Below, one piece after another: positions 8,110-19,661 of a stretch of 64,000 nt of DNA; position 1 is the first letter of the stretch; every line of letters begins with the position of its first letter. Made by a program: the position numbers and the translations under genes. The stretch comes from a virus (Duplodnaviria > Caudoviricetes): IMG/VR virus record IMGVR_UViG_3300010355_000898, positions 160,001 through 224,000 of that record. One strand, 5' to 3'. The notes under the pieces were generated by a model that saw only the letters and a list, made by a program, of their open reading frames with translations, searched no databases and was not told the DNA's origin.

Positions 8110-8508
8110 TCAATAATCTTCCAATCTTTGCATCGCAAGCTTTTCATCAAGATCTTCTTTTGCTTGCGTATACAACAATTTTTCAATATCATTCTGTTCT
8201 GATTGTGTCAATTCAGCAATCCAATCTTTTCCAGTCTGTTCATCAATTGCTGAATAGATTTCAACATCAGAATATTCTGGACTTTCACGTGTTTCATTCT
8301 CAAAATTTGCATTGCCCTCAATTTTGAGTTCAATGGTTTCATGTTCACTGTCATCATCAATTGGTTCGATTGTCACAGATTGATCAGTATTGATCCAACG
8401 TTCAATTTCATAATACACTGTTGCGCTATTTGACCAATCTGTCCCTTCATTCAAGTTCCAAGCACTGAGATGCTGCTCTTTCAACAAATTTTTGAAATTT
8501 TTCATCAT
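8110..8508 (-). CDS. Acidic hypothetical protein, possible internal virion protein
   Basis: Likely start MMKNFKNLLKEQ after GAGG SD and the ATAGTTA motif (8520-8526). Confidence 0.65.
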   Translation of the reverse strand: MMKNFKNLLKEQHLSAWNLNEGTDWSNSATVYYEIERWINTDQSVTIEPIDDDSEHETIELKIEGNANFENETRESPEYSDVEIYSAIDEQTGKDWIAELTQSEQNDIEKLLYTQAKEDLDEKLAMQRLEDY

Positions 8509-8528
8509 TTCCTCATCAATAACTATTG

Positions 8529-11500
8529 TTATGAAAACCAACCCATTCCTCTGTCATAAACATCTGAAAACCATTTTTCATTTCTGACAGTGTTGTCTAT
8601 TCTGATGTCTGATAATTGCATATCCATCACATTTTCACTATTCTGATCTGTTGCAGGCGCAGTTGAATATCTACTATGATTTCCATAGTCAACTGTTCCA
8701 GGATCTGTCCAACCGCCAGCAAAAACGCCATCAAAATATATGTTGAATGTTGTTCCATCATATGTGAATCCAATATGATGCCAATTTGTATCTTTCACTT
8801 CAATGAGTGGTTTGTCAATGCCATTAAAATTGATCTCAGTTAATGCTCCTGAAGTTATCAATTTGTATGCAAATTTGAATGTTACACCATTGATAATTGA
8901 GAAACTGTATGCAACATATGGTGATGACCATGTTGCATCATTCTGATTGTACCATTTGGCAAAAAATAATCGATTTGTTGTATCGTCTGCAATCAATTTT
9001 TTGAACCATAATGATACAGATATGTTTGTACCATATTCACAAACAGTTGTGTATGGTGTTTTGTATGACAAATATCCACTGCCAGAACTTCCAAGTACTG
9101 CCTTGTATCCAAACAGAGTTTTTGGTGTCACTGACAAATAACCACTATTATAGCCTGTAATGTACATGTTTTCAGATTGTAAACCTAAGCTAAGAGATCG
9201 TTGTGTTCTTCCAGCGTCAGTTGATGTCATAATTCCAGAACCTGTTGTGTTCAACAACCATCTCAATTGTGTGTACTGATCATTCTGTAACAATCTGCCA
9301 CCAATCACCTCAGTACTGAACCATTTTGATAAGAATGCCCCAGATGCATATGCATCTCCACCAAATAGAGATATTTTTGCATTGTTGTCTGAATTATTCA
9401 ATCCTTGCGTTCCACTAACATAAAAATGAATATTTCTTGCTTTGAGATCAGCAGATATATTTTCTTGTCCAGATATTGATACAGAACCGGTTGTTTTCAA
9501 TTTTGCGCCAGAATCTATCCATCCATTTGCATACAAATTTTGTGTCAATGATGGTATTTCAAAAAGTAATTGTGTTCTTGCCATACCAGATGTTTCTGAT
9601 ATGTTGTATGTGCCACCACCATCAACATTTTTTGTGTATGTTATGAATGTATGTATGCCAGGATAACTTGGAACATAGAATGCATTCATTGTTGCTGATT
9701 TGTTTATTGAATTTTCATTTTCATCAGCATAGAATTGATAACCACGTGATGCTGATGAAATATTCGTACCATCAACTTTGATGTTAAAATATCCCTTTGA
9801 TTGTATGCTACTATCTCTGTTTGCATTCAAATTTGCAATCAATACAACGGGATTTTTTACATATATTACATCCTGAAATATCTGATAATCAGATGAACCT
9901 ATATTGAGTGAATTTTTTGCGTATTGAACTTTGTAATTTTGTGGTATTTCCAACACAAGAAGTGAAGGTGTGCTGAATTCATTAACATATACACCAGATG
10001 AACCATATTTTGCGGAAACTGAATATTCTTGTGTCGATACATTGATGCTGTTATCATATGTCATCATCATATTCGACACCATTGAACCAGAACCAGCAGA
10101 ACATGCTGCACTGATTTGATAACCATATGATAATGTATCGGAATTTGGTACCAATTCTGAAGCGCCTTTATAGAAAGTGAATACACCCCAAGAAGCCCCA
10201 ACTGGATGACTAGTTGCACAATTTGTTAACAACAATTTTGCAGAATTTGATGGTGCAATTGAACATGATAATTCAGTAATTTTTTGATATGAACCTTGAA
10301 GATTGTATACATCATTTGTTGTAACAGATGATGTTGCATACAATGTTCCACTTGGAAATTCAATAACTGTTATTGTTGTGGGGGCGACATTCAAACCAAT
10401 GCTACCAGTTCCGTTCAATGATTTTGCACAAATTGTGTAAGTGTATGAACCTGATTGTGGGTGTTCAAAATAGTAGAATGATGCATTATCTCCCGCTGAA
10501 TTAATGGCTGTTGTTGGAAATTTTCCAACTGCGGTTAAACCTTTATTTCCAACTGATACAATATTTCCATTCTTTTGTAATGATAATGTTGCTGCAGCAC
10601 CGGTTGTTGATGAGGAAAAGTATGCATTCACAAGCACCAACACTGGGCCACCAAAAGTTGATATTGATGCAGAATATGGACTTGCAATGAATTGTGTTGC
10701 ATCAGATATTTGCCAATTATTATAACTTGTAAAGTATGCATAATTTGGTGCAGCTGGTATTGATTGTGGAAAATTTGCGTTAATCGTTACATTACCTGAA
10801 GGACCTGCATCATCAATTGTTATATTTGTTCCTGCAGTTAATACACGTTCATTATTGAGAGATCCGGTTGCACTCAATACAACATATGTTGCATCAGGAT
10901 CTCCTCCGCCACCACCTCCTCCACCCCCACCGGTATTTTCAATCAAAATTTGACCACTACTTTGTGAAGTGATTGCTATACCACCACCTGCAACAAGATA
11001 ACTGATTCCATTTGACAACTTCTGAAGTGATCCACTTAAGCCACTCTGCGCAATTACCGGTCCACTGAACGTAGATCCACTCAGAGTGGCAATAACGCTG
11101 TCATTGATTGAAATTGTATAGTTTCCACCAGAACCTGCATCAATAGACTTCAATCCGGTACCCATCACAATTGCTCGTTCATTATTGAGCGAACTTGTCG
11201 TGTTCAACACAATGTATGATGCATCGGGATCACCACCTCCTCCACCTCCAGTTGCGGTTGAATTGATAACAATTTGTCCACTACTTTGTGAAACAATTGT
11301 TATGTTTGTTCCAGCCACAAGATAACTTGTTCCATTAGATAAATTTTGAAGTGATCCAGATAAACCTCCTGATGCTTTTACAGGACCACTGAATGTTGAA
11401 CCTGAAATTGTTGCAACAACACTATCATTTACGTTGATTGTATAATTTCCACCAACACCAGCGTCCGTTGACTTCAACCCAGTTCCCATTGTGAGAACTC

Positions 11501-11630
11501 GTTCATTTGATAATGATCCAGTTGCATTCAACACAATGTATGATGCACTAACATCTGCTTTACTTGTTGGGAAATATTGATTTCCATCAAATACCCAACT
11601 TTCATTATTTCTTGGTTTAAACATTGTCAT
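8529..11630 (-). CDS. Tail fibre / receptor-binding protein with internal repeats and C-terminal LamG (ConA-like) domain
   Basis: Repeats of about 105 aa with poly-Gly linkers; C-terminal SVSLWFK...WHHIGFTYDGTTFNIYFDG...LSDIRI. Confidence 0.8.
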   Translation of the reverse strand: MTMFKPRNNESWVFDGNQYFPTSKADVSASYIVLNATGSLSNERVLTMGTGLKSTDAGVGGNYTINVNDSVVATISGSTFSGPVKASGGLSGSLQNLSNGTSYLVAGTNITIVSQSSGQIVINSTATGGGGGGDPDASYIVLNTTSSLNNERAIVMGTGLKSIDAGSGGNYTISINDSVIATLSGSTFSGPVIAQSGLSGSLQKLSNGISYLVAGGGIAITSQSSGQILIENTGGGGGGGGGGDPDATYVVLSATGSLNNERVLTAGTNITIDDAGPSGNVTINANFPQSIPAAPNYAYFTSYNNWQISDATQFIASPYSASISTFGGPVLVLVNAYFSSSTTGAAATLSLQKNGNIVSVGNKGLTAVGKFPTTAINSAGDNASFYYFEHPQSGSYTYTICAKSLNGTGSIGLNVAPTTITVIEFPSGTLYATSSVTTNDVYNLQGSYQKITELSCSIAPSNSAKLLLTNCATSHPVGASWGVFTFYKGASELVPNSDTLSYGYQISAACSAGSGSMVSNMMMTYDNSINVSTQEYSVSAKYGSSGVYVNEFSTPSLLVLEIPQNYKVQYAKNSLNIGSSDYQIFQDVIYVKNPVVLIANLNANRDSSIQSKGYFNIKVDGTNISSASRGYQFYADENENSINKSATMNAFYVPSYPGIHTFITYTKNVDGGGTYNISETSGMARTQLLFEIPSLTQNLYANGWIDSGAKLKTTGSVSISGQENISADLKARNIHFYVSGTQGLNNSDNNAKISLFGGDAYASGAFLSKWFSTEVIGGRLLQNDQYTQLRWLLNTTGSGIMTSTDAGRTQRSLSLGLQSENMYITGYNSGYLSVTPKTLFGYKAVLGSSGSGYLSYKTPYTTVCEYGTNISVSLWFKKLIADDTTNRLFFAKWYNQNDATWSSPYVAYSFSIINGVTFKFAYKLITSGALTEINFNGIDKPLIEVKDTNWHHIGFTYDGTTFNIYFDGVFAGGWTDPGTVDYGNHSRYSTAPATDQNSENVMDMQLSDIRIDNTVRNEKWFSDVYDRGMGWFS
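10780..11555 (-). repeat. About 2.4 copies of a ~105-aa shaft module in the fibre gene (approximate ends)
   Basis: DASYIVLNATGSLxNERV...GLSGSLQxLSNGxSYLVAG...SQSSGQI...GGGGGG repeated. Confidence 0.8.
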
Positions 11631-14455
11631 ATTGTTCCCGATCTATGATATCTCCAATGAGAAAAACCTACCTGCTGCGTTTTTCCATATGTTGCATATT
11701 CATTTGTGTCAACATAATAACCTTCAAGTGTTTCATAATTCCCAGTTTGTATTTTCTGAATGTTGAGATCATTCAATGGAATTCTGATTTTTCTTCTTCC
11801 AGATCTGTACATTTTTGGTGCTGATTGAACACCACCTTGTGGATATGATGGCCAAGTTATGACATATAAACGTCCATCAGGACCTACCCAACTACAATCA
11901 AATACATTTTGAAAACCAAATGACTGAAAACTGAAAGTTGAATATTCTGGATTTGTTTTGAAAATGAGTGGCGATAGACCAAAAACTGACGTCCAATTTT
12001 TCAATTCTTCATTCTTTTTTGTGTACAAAAGACCCATCATATTTTTACCGCCATCGTATGAATATGAAAAAGTGTACAATTTATTTCCATCAAAATATTG
12101 TAATCCAGGATATTGATTAAAACTTGATCTCATCATTGTACTGAATTTATCACGTCCGGTATTTGTGTATATGTTAAAACTTGATGTTGTTACATTTGTA
12201 TAATTTCCTGACCAAACATTTCCATTACTTGCATTGAATGCAATCACATCTGTGTCAGTTGCTGCTATTGTTGCAAATTGATTTGTTTTTGATGAAAACC
12301 AAGAATAACCATTTGACTTCTCTGTTATATCAGGTGTAATTGGGCCAACTGAAGATGATGTAAATGGCGTTGTGATTTCATCACCAACAATTGTTGAATA
12401 TACAAATGTCCATTTTGATGCATCAGAAGGAAATATCAACATATTATTCAATGCCATTACATCAACTGCCGTTTGTTTGTGTGCAGTTTGTATTGTACTT
12501 GTGTAAGGATGTATTGACACAGATAAGGGTGTATACACTGATGCAGTGTAAATCATATATTTGAAATATCCCTGAAATAGATAGATTTTATTTCCCAATA
12601 TCAATGTTCTGTATGGACCTCGACCATCTCCGGAACTGCCATCATTTGATGATGGAAATGTACCGGCAAATGACCATACAGGATTTTCAGAATATGATGC
12701 TGACCAAATTTTATTTGTGTATGCTATTTGATTTGTGTTTGTACCATTTACATCACCAATTCCTGCAGCTGAACCACTCAATACACCACCATATGCATAC
12801 AATTTATCACCAATTCTTATGACATTGGTTGCTGCAAATGGTACATCAGAAATGTATTCCCAATCTCCAACGTTCAATACTTCTGGCGTCCAATAATCTG
12901 TGTATGATCCAGTACCAAATCTAATACAATTTTCAACTGTTAACGTTCCACTTACAGTTACGTCTCCACCAAAAAGTGCCCTTTTGGGATCTGAAACATC
13001 ACCAACAGTGCCGCTGACATAAAAATATACGTCAGTTTGAACATCTTCTGCAAATCTATTTTGTCCATCAATTGATATTGAACCGGTCGTTTTTTGTTGA
13101 TTTGTACCAACTGTCCAAGCACCATCAATAACTTTACCAAAAATTGTCAAATACTCTCTGCGCTCTGTCAACAAATACATACTGATCATACCAGTTTGCA
13201 TTGTTTCACCATCGAGTGTTGCAACATCCCAAGTGTACGCAGTTCCACCTTGGACTGCATATTGTAAATCAACAATATCACCAGAATTTAATGTAACAAT
13301 TCCTGATAACACTGCATTTGGCTCTCCTGGAACACCTATCCAAGATACATTTTGTAACAATGTTTCTGTTTGTCTTCTCAGCCTAAGACCAAAATATTGA
13401 CTATTTCCATATGCATTGAATTTTGAAAAGAAGATGTATTCACCATCCTGTGATACTGTCAATGATCCCGTTGTGTATGAAATTCCATTACTTATTTCAG
13501 AATTGATATAACATACATTATCAATGTTTGTCCATGTTGTTGCGCTGAATTGGTGTGATCCTGATGTTACACCCATGTATGTATTGATTGATCTTGATGC
13601 CAATGGTGTATCATCAAAACGTATATTGTATGCATTTCCAGGACCCAAATCAGTGTATGTTAATCCTGCACCAACTTGAATATAACGTTCATTATTCAAT
13701 GATGCAGTGGCATTCAGAACAAGATATGATGCATCCTTATCTGAAGCATCTGTGGCAGTTATTTCTATTTGACCATTACTTTGCGTAACAATTTGGATAT
13801 TGTTTCCAGCAACAAGATAACTTGTTCCATCTGCGAGTGTTTGCAATGAGCCACTCAATTGTTCAGAAACGATCTGCTGAGATGTAATATATGATGAAGA
13901 AATCAGTTGTGTGTAAACGTTGCCAGATGTGTATAAACTTCCGGTCAAAAATATATCACCAGTAATTGATCCACCTCCGCCACCTCCACCCGATGTCATC
14001 AATTTATGCCATTGACTATTGAACCAAAATAGAATGACAGAACCATAATTTTCTGTTATTTGTAATGTTGATGATGCATCAATGGTTCCAATGGCGGAGC
14101 TGATGTTGATATTGTAAAGTGCGCTACTGCCACTGACATCTTTCACAACAACCAATTGTCCATCCCTTGGAATTGATGGTAGAATAATGTTTATTGAACC
14201 GCCAAGTGGAATTCCACTGTTTGATACACAAATAATTGTGCAGTGTTCTGGAACATTGAACGTTGATAATGATTCATTTGCTGTGAATTCAATTGTTGAC
14301 AGTGAAAATTTTCCTGTCAATGTAAGTTCTTTAGGTTTTTGTAATATTCCTATCTGAACGTCACTTGTTATTGCAACTCTCAACAATTCATCTGTATTTG
14401 TGTCTTTCACAAACACAAATAGTGAATTTAGTATATCATCATTCTGAGTACGCAT
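11627..14455 (-). CDS. Second tail fibre / receptor-binding protein, paralogous shaft with kelch/beta-propeller-like tip
   Basis: Shares LSGSLQxLxxGTSYLVAG, DASYLVLNATxSLNNER and KTTGS...FYVSGT...LFGGD modules with 8529..11630; IGDKLYAYGG and LGNKIYLFQG are kelch-like blades. Confidence 0.75.
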   Translation of the reverse strand: MRTQNDDILNSLFVFVKDTNTDELLRVAITSDVQIGILQKPKELTLTGKFSLSTIEFTANESLSTFNVPEHCTIICVSNSGIPLGGSINIILPSIPRDGQLVVVKDVSGSSALYNINISSAIGTIDASSTLQITENYGSVILFWFNSQWHKLMTSGGGGGGGSITGDIFLTGSLYTSGNVYTQLISSSYITSQQIVSEQLSGSLQTLADGTSYLVAGNNIQIVTQSNGQIEITATDASDKDASYLVLNATASLNNERYIQVGAGLTYTDLGPGNAYNIRFDDTPLASRSINTYMGVTSGSHQFSATTWTNIDNVCYINSEISNGISYTTGSLTVSQDGEYIFFSKFNAYGNSQYFGLRLRRQTETLLQNVSWIGVPGEPNAVLSGIVTLNSGDIVDLQYAVQGGTAYTWDVATLDGETMQTGMISMYLLTERREYLTIFGKVIDGAWTVGTNQQKTTGSISIDGQNRFAEDVQTDVYFYVSGTVGDVSDPKRALFGGDVTVSGTLTVENCIRFGTGSYTDYWTPEVLNVGDWEYISDVPFAATNVIRIGDKLYAYGGVLSGSAAGIGDVNGTNTNQIAYTNKIWSASYSENPVWSFAGTFPSSNDGSSGDGRGPYRTLILGNKIYLFQGYFKYMIYTASVYTPLSVSIHPYTSTIQTAHKQTAVDVMALNNMLIFPSDASKWTFVYSTIVGDEITTPFTSSSVGPITPDITEKSNGYSWFSSKTNQFATIAATDTDVIAFNASNGNVWSGNYTNVTTSSFNIYTNTGRDKFSTMMRSSFNQYPGLQYFDGNKLYTFSYSYDGGKNMMGLLYTKKNEELKNWTSVFGLSPLIFKTNPEYSTFSFQSFGFQNVFDCSWVGPDGRLYVITWPSYPQGGVQSAPKMYRSGRRKIRIPLNDLNIQKIQTGNYETLEGYYVDTNEYATYGKTQQVGFSHWRYHRSGTI

Positions 14456-14476
14456 ACAAATTGGCCAATCTAATTA

Positions 14477-17400
14477 TCATATAGTCAATTGACCATACTT
14501 TGTTGATGAAACATTGACTGTGCCAATGTTCATTATGTTAACATTGATGTCATTTCTATTCCTTGCTATTCCATCAAAAAATGGTAATGAACTGGTTGCA
14601 TACATGCTGAGATTACTTGACCATGTATTTTCTGCCAGTGTTTCTTTCCCGTTTGTGTCAAAAAATTTGATCTGTATTGGAGAATTTTGACTTGAATTTT
14701 TTTTGTTTGGATTTATGTAAGAAACGCTATTTTGAAATTCAAGAAGATCTCTAAATTGTCCAAATTTTCCTCTTCTAAAATGAACTCTTGAATATGTTGG
14801 TAGCGCACTGATGAGACCATATTTCCATCCTCTGATTATTGGTGATAAGCCTGCATAAGAAATTGCATTTCCACCTTCACTACTGTATGAATAGAATTTT
14901 TCAAGTCGTTGAAAATTTGGAAAATGTGTTGTTGTTGAATATTTTGCGCTGTGCAATTGCATATCACCATATCCATACAGACATTTGAGTGTATCTGTTT
15001 CTGTTGCAGATGCTGACATAATTGTTTGAATACCAGACAATTCAGCATCAGATTTATCAATTGGAACAATTGTGATTGAATCATCATAATTTTGTATGCC
15101 ATTGACCGAATTCACATATTCATCAATTTTTACTGCACCATATGTTGTATTGAATGGATTTGTACCTGTGAACCATACGTACAATTTTTGAACATTTATT
15201 GGCTGAATTTCTGCATTCAGATTAAAATCCCAAGATGCAATCAGATTTTGTTTGATTGACAACATTCTTCCAAAAGATGAATATCTATCAAAAATGAATG
15301 ATTTGGTGAATTGATTGTCACTTGCTGATGTAATGTCAAAAAATATGTGTGCTGAATATTTCTTATCATTGTCATCAATGTAACTATTAAATGGTGACCA
15401 ACCAGAATGTACTCCAATTTTTGCACCATCAAATTTTGCAATCTGTGATATTGATGGATAACATGAATCATACAATCTTTCATCATAATTGTAAGACATG
15501 ACAGTATTACGACAATTTCTTGCTCTTTGCCAATTTGGTTGTGCTCTGTATGCTGGGCTGTATGATGCATCTCTTGCATTCATGCCGCCATAAATTTCAG
15601 GAGGTTGACCTGGTATCCAAGAATCAAATGTTGGATCAGTATCTCTGAACACCAAGCCTCTGTTCGCAGACAGTGCCATGGCTGGATCTGGATTCATCTG
15701 ATCCCTCAATTTTTCATCAATAACTGGGTGTCTTATGTAATTGTCATATCCAGAACCTACGTAAGTAAATTTGTTTATGAGTTCAAATTGATCAATAACT
15801 GGTTCATCACCAATAATTGTTGAAACATATCCATTATTTTGTGTTTGGCTTGGAATAAATGTTTGTTTATCATTACTCAAATATGTTCCAAACAGTGTTA
15901 TTGATATGTCACCTTTTCCTATTTTTATATCATGTTCTGTAATTGTGCCGCTAAACTCAGAATTGAGATCATTAATGTACCTGACAAACGTTGCGGATCC
16001 TGATAAACCGGTAACCGGTCCAGCAATTGCTGGGCGATATTTTGATATTCCGATGATCAATTTATCATTTGGATACAAAATGTATGGTGCAGCTCTGTCT
16101 GTTCCTGCATACGTTGCCATGGTGTAATAAACATTGTTGTATGCACTTGATGTGGTTGGTACACTCAAATTTATTGATGAACTGTACAAATTGTTCGTTA
16201 ATTTGTAATGTTTTATTACGTTTTCATTCAATGCAAGATCACCACCCGTCGGACTGTACAGGTTGAAATCACCCATTATTGTAGAATTTTGTGCATACTG
16301 ATTTTTGTACAATCCTATACCAGCTTTTGATCTGCCAATTGATGAATATGCATACACATTTGTAACTTTTGTTTGCTGAATTTCACCATCAAACAATTGT
16401 GTCACATTGTTTTCATTCAAATTGAATGAATCAACATTATTGATTAGAGAATTGACAGTTGAAAATTGTTTTTCTGCAGATGAATTTGTTTTAGTTGTAC
16501 TTGCAAGATTAAACATGTTTGATACAATGCAACCATTGTCAATCTTTGACGTACAAAAAAGATTTACAGAACCTGTAAATTGATTTGAACCATCGTTTTG
16601 TACAACACCTTCAGGATCAATTCCAAATGATTTGAGACCAGTTGCAGATATTGTTGCATAACCCGGTTGGGCTTCACTACCACTCTGCTCAAGTATTATT
16701 GCATTTTTATTGATATCATTACTGTGTGTGAACGTACCTTTCAATATCAATTCTCTAGTTTTGAATTGATCACCAATTTGATTCATTAATGATACTGTTA
16801 CAGCTGGACCTCCTGCAAGATATTGGTGTTGATTTGAACTCATGCCAACACTTCCTGAGTTTGTTCTACAACCAAAACATGTTCCATCAAAAAACCATTT
16901 TTTTCCTGCTTCTATTGGAACTTGTATCAACGCTTTTTCGACCAAAAATGGATGATCAAGATTTACTGTTATTTGTTCACTGTTTGTTGCATTGAATTTT
17001 TGATTTTGAAATATGCTGTTGTCATGATATTTTATCAGATTGTTGAAAATTTTTGCGCCAATTTTATTTGTTGTTGACGTTAATACAGTCACCAATTCAT
17101 TGTTGTCTGCAAAATATTGACTGCTGGAAATGTGTGATGTTCCCAAAAAGCTATAGCCCTTTGCTTCACACCTATTGTTTGTTATTGTGTTTGCATAATA
17201 TGGACTAACAATTGATGATGTCAAATCATTAATTGGCCAATTGAAAGTTTGTGTTTCTTTATTGTAGTAGTAAATGCTTGCAGTGTTTGATAAGAGACTA
17301 ATTTTTGTATTGATTGGGAATTTGAGTTCTATTTTTTCTTTTGATGATAATGGAAGAGAAAATTGTGTCGTTGTGTCAATGAATGATCCGGATCCCCATG

Positions 17401-18811
17401 AACCAACATATTTTGATCCCATATCATTGAATGGTTGAATTGTGTCATACAAATTTGACCAATCATTTATGAATTCATCAGTTGCTGCTTTTGTAACAGA
17501 ACCGGTCAATTCAAAATCGCCAGTGTACAAATTTTGATCAAGTTGTATGTTCTTTTCACCATTTCCATAAAATCTTTGAAGCGTTGTTGGGTAATTTACA
17601 ACAATGTTCTGATCATAATTCAATGTTCTCAAATCATTGAATGGTCCATGATTATTGGTCAATAACTGATCAATCAATTTAATCTGTTTTCTTGGCAATA
17701 TTTTTCTTCTATTGCATGGTGGAATGAACTTCAACACCATCCCTGATTTTGAAGTACCAGGCCAATTTGTGATGTAATCAACGTTTTTATTCCATGGAAT
17801 ATTTGTTGTTATTTGTGTCGCTGAATTTCCATCATAATAGTAATCTATACCAGTTCTGTATCCTGCATCCTGATTGTAGATTGCATTCAGTTGATCATAA
17901 ACAGTTCCACCATATTTGTATCTTTTTCTGAATTGATCAACACCAAATTCTATTGAAAAATCTCTAAATTGTGGAATGCCATTTACGTGAACAACTCTAT
18001 GATATTCATATGTAACCAACCAAACTCCGACACTGACTTGTGTTTGTGTTTCTCCAACAATTTCAGATGTTGATGTGCTATTCAAATTTGAGTTTGTTGT
18101 GTATCTGTATTCAATTATTCCATTTTCATATATTGCACATTCATATGTTATGACACCAAATCCATATCTTGGTGCATCATTTGTATATGTGTTCCATCTG
18201 ATTAGAAGCCTTTTTCCAAATGATGAATGACTATCATAACAATAGTGTACACCATGATATTCAGGATTCCAATAGTTTGGTTTTGCTATCAAACCATTGT
18301 ATATTGGTTGAATTGATTTTTTATCTTCAATGTAAATGTTATCTGCAACAATTGGTGTGCCACTAACATCAACAGTTGGATAACTACTCAATATTGTATC
18401 ATATGTGTTGATTGCGCTATTAACATCACCTGGATACCATACCATCAATGCTATATTCACCAATGTCGATGGTGATGCAATGTTTGAATATCTTGGATTT
18501 GATAATGTGTTCTTATCATTGATTAAAATTGCAACTCCAGCATTGGTTACAAGAAAATTTGAATACTTTTCGCCATTGAATTCAAACGTGAAACCAATTG
18601 GTGTTTTTTGACTGTATGTATTTCCAGTTAAAGAATATTCTCCACCACCACTAACCTGACCGAGCCAAGAACCTGCTGCTGAGTTTGTTACAAATTTTTG
18701 AAATCGATTCCATGGTACAGCACTCAGACCACCGGCATTGTATTCTTTTACAAGAATGTAATCATCAATATTTCTTGTTGGTGCTTCTCTTAAACTTGCC
18801 GGAGTTGTCAT
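14477..18811 (-). CDS. Large virion structural protein (1444 aa), N-terminal nidogen-like region
   Basis: PIGFTFEFNGEKYSNFLV and LLIRW...IYENGIIEYRY; S/T/N-rich; lies in the baseplate/fibre operon. Confidence 0.65.
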   Translation of the reverse strand: MTTPASLREAPTRNIDDYILVKEYNAGGLSAVPWNRFQKFVTNSAAGSWLGQVSGGGEYSLTGNTYSQKTPIGFTFEFNGEKYSNFLVTNAGVAILINDKNTLSNPRYSNIASPSTLVNIALMVWYPGDVNSAINTYDTILSSYPTVDVSGTPIVADNIYIEDKKSIQPIYNGLIAKPNYWNPEYHGVHYCYDSHSSFGKRLLIRWNTYTNDAPRYGFGVITYECAIYENGIIEYRYTTNSNLNSTSTSEIVGETQTQVSVGVWLVTYEYHRVVHVNGIPQFRDFSIEFGVDQFRKRYKYGGTVYDQLNAIYNQDAGYRTGIDYYYDGNSATQITTNIPWNKNVDYITNWPGTSKSGMVLKFIPPCNRRKILPRKQIKLIDQLLTNNHGPFNDLRTLNYDQNIVVNYPTTLQRFYGNGEKNIQLDQNLYTGDFELTGSVTKAATDEFINDWSNLYDTIQPFNDMGSKYVGSWGSGSFIDTTTQFSLPLSSKEKIELKFPINTKISLLSNTASIYYYNKETQTFNWPINDLTSSIVSPYYANTITNNRCEAKGYSFLGTSHISSSQYFADNNELVTVLTSTTNKIGAKIFNNLIKYHDNSIFQNQKFNATNSEQITVNLDHPFLVEKALIQVPIEAGKKWFFDGTCFGCRTNSGSVGMSSNQHQYLAGGPAVTVSLMNQIGDQFKTRELILKGTFTHSNDINKNAIILEQSGSEAQPGYATISATGLKSFGIDPEGVVQNDGSNQFTGSVNLFCTSKIDNGCIVSNMFNLASTTKTNSSAEKQFSTVNSLINNVDSFNLNENNVTQLFDGEIQQTKVTNVYAYSSIGRSKAGIGLYKNQYAQNSTIMGDFNLYSPTGGDLALNENVIKHYKLTNNLYSSSINLSVPTTSSAYNNVYYTMATYAGTDRAAPYILYPNDKLIIGISKYRPAIAGPVTGLSGSATFVRYINDLNSEFSGTITEHDIKIGKGDISITLFGTYLSNDKQTFIPSQTQNNGYVSTIIGDEPVIDQFELINKFTYVGSGYDNYIRHPVIDEKLRDQMNPDPAMALSANRGLVFRDTDPTFDSWIPGQPPEIYGGMNARDASYSPAYRAQPNWQRARNCRNTVMSYNYDERLYDSCYPSISQIAKFDGAKIGVHSGWSPFNSYIDDNDKKYSAHIFFDITSASDNQFTKSFIFDRYSSFGRMLSIKQNLIASWDFNLNAEIQPINVQKLYVWFTGTNPFNTTYGAVKIDEYVNSVNGIQNYDDSITIVPIDKSDAELSGIQTIMSASATETDTLKCLYGYGDMQLHSAKYSTTTHFPNFQRLEKFYSYSSEGGNAISYAGLSPIIRGWKYGLISALPTYSRVHFRRGKFGQFRDLLEFQNSVSYINPNKKNSSQNSPIQIKFFDTNGKETLAENTWSSNLSMYATSSLPFFDGIARNRNDINVNIMNIGTVNVSSTKYGQLTI

Positions 18812-18812
18812 A

Positions 18813-19661
18813 TCAATATCCTATTCCACCAAATGCAATGCTATCGCCAAAAGGTGCATTATCATACATAAAACCTGTTGCAGCCATTTTTTCTCCAATT
18901 GGGACAGAATTTTCGTCACCATATTTGAGTGTACACAATACATTCAACACATCATTTTCAACGTTGATGTATGGAATCATTGATATCAATTTTTCATTGC
19001 ACACATCAATATATGTTTCAACTTTTCCTCTATTTACAAAGTTTTCATACTGTTCAACATCATAAGTTGCAATTCCATTATTCACTTGAATAACATCCAA
19101 AAATGGTTCTTTGTGATTGTGTGGATTGTATGGATAACTGTTCAAAATAAATTCTGATGACCCATATGCATCCGGATTACCATCTTCAAGTACACCAATT
19201 ACCTTGTCTGTTGAACCCACTTTTCTTTGCATATAGAGCTCAATAATGCCATTGAATTGTGCTGAAATTGTTGGAGTTTGTGGATCAGGTATGTATTCAG
19301 GAAAAGTGTGCAAATTTATTGCAGATTTCATTTGTTGTGTTAAGTTTATGATCACTTCTGATTTTGGATTGTTTTCTTCATCAGAATAGTACATTCTGAA
19401 ATCAGCATTCAAATCCTGTCCATACTCACAAATGAAACACTTATGTCCTGGTTCACCTGAAGTTATGTGATATAAACCCATGTCAAAATGTTTCATTAGT
19501 GTCAATTCGACACCCTGTCTGAAACGATCTATGGCTGATGTATCAATTGAAGAACTCATCAATACATTTGGTACAGTTTTATTTTGTAATATGTTGCCAA
19601 ATGAATCATCAAAGCTTGGTGACCAATTTGCATACTTCTGATCAAAGATTTGTTCTGTCAT
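18813..19661 (-). CDS. Putative virion structural protein
   Basis: 282-aa ORF coupled within the baseplate operon. Confidence 0.55.
   Translation of the reverse strand: MTEQIFDQKYANWSPSFDDSFGNILQNKTVPNVLMSSSIDTSAIDRFRQGVELTLMKHFDMGLYHITSGEPGHKCFICEYGQDLNADFRMYYSDEENNPKSEVIINLTQQMKSAINLHTFPEYIPDPQTPTISAQFNGIIELYMQRKVGSTDKVIGVLEDGNPDAYGSSEFILNSYPYNPHNHKEPFLDVIQVNNGIATYDVEQYENFVNRGKVETYIDVCNEKLISMIPYINVENDVLNVLCTLKYGDENSVPIGEKMAATGFMYDNAPFGDSIAFGGIGY

Noticed and set aside
8529-14455. Diversity-generating retroelement acting on the fibres
   Set aside because: No reverse transcriptase and no adenine-specific template/variable repeat pair seen; the repeats are diverged protein modules
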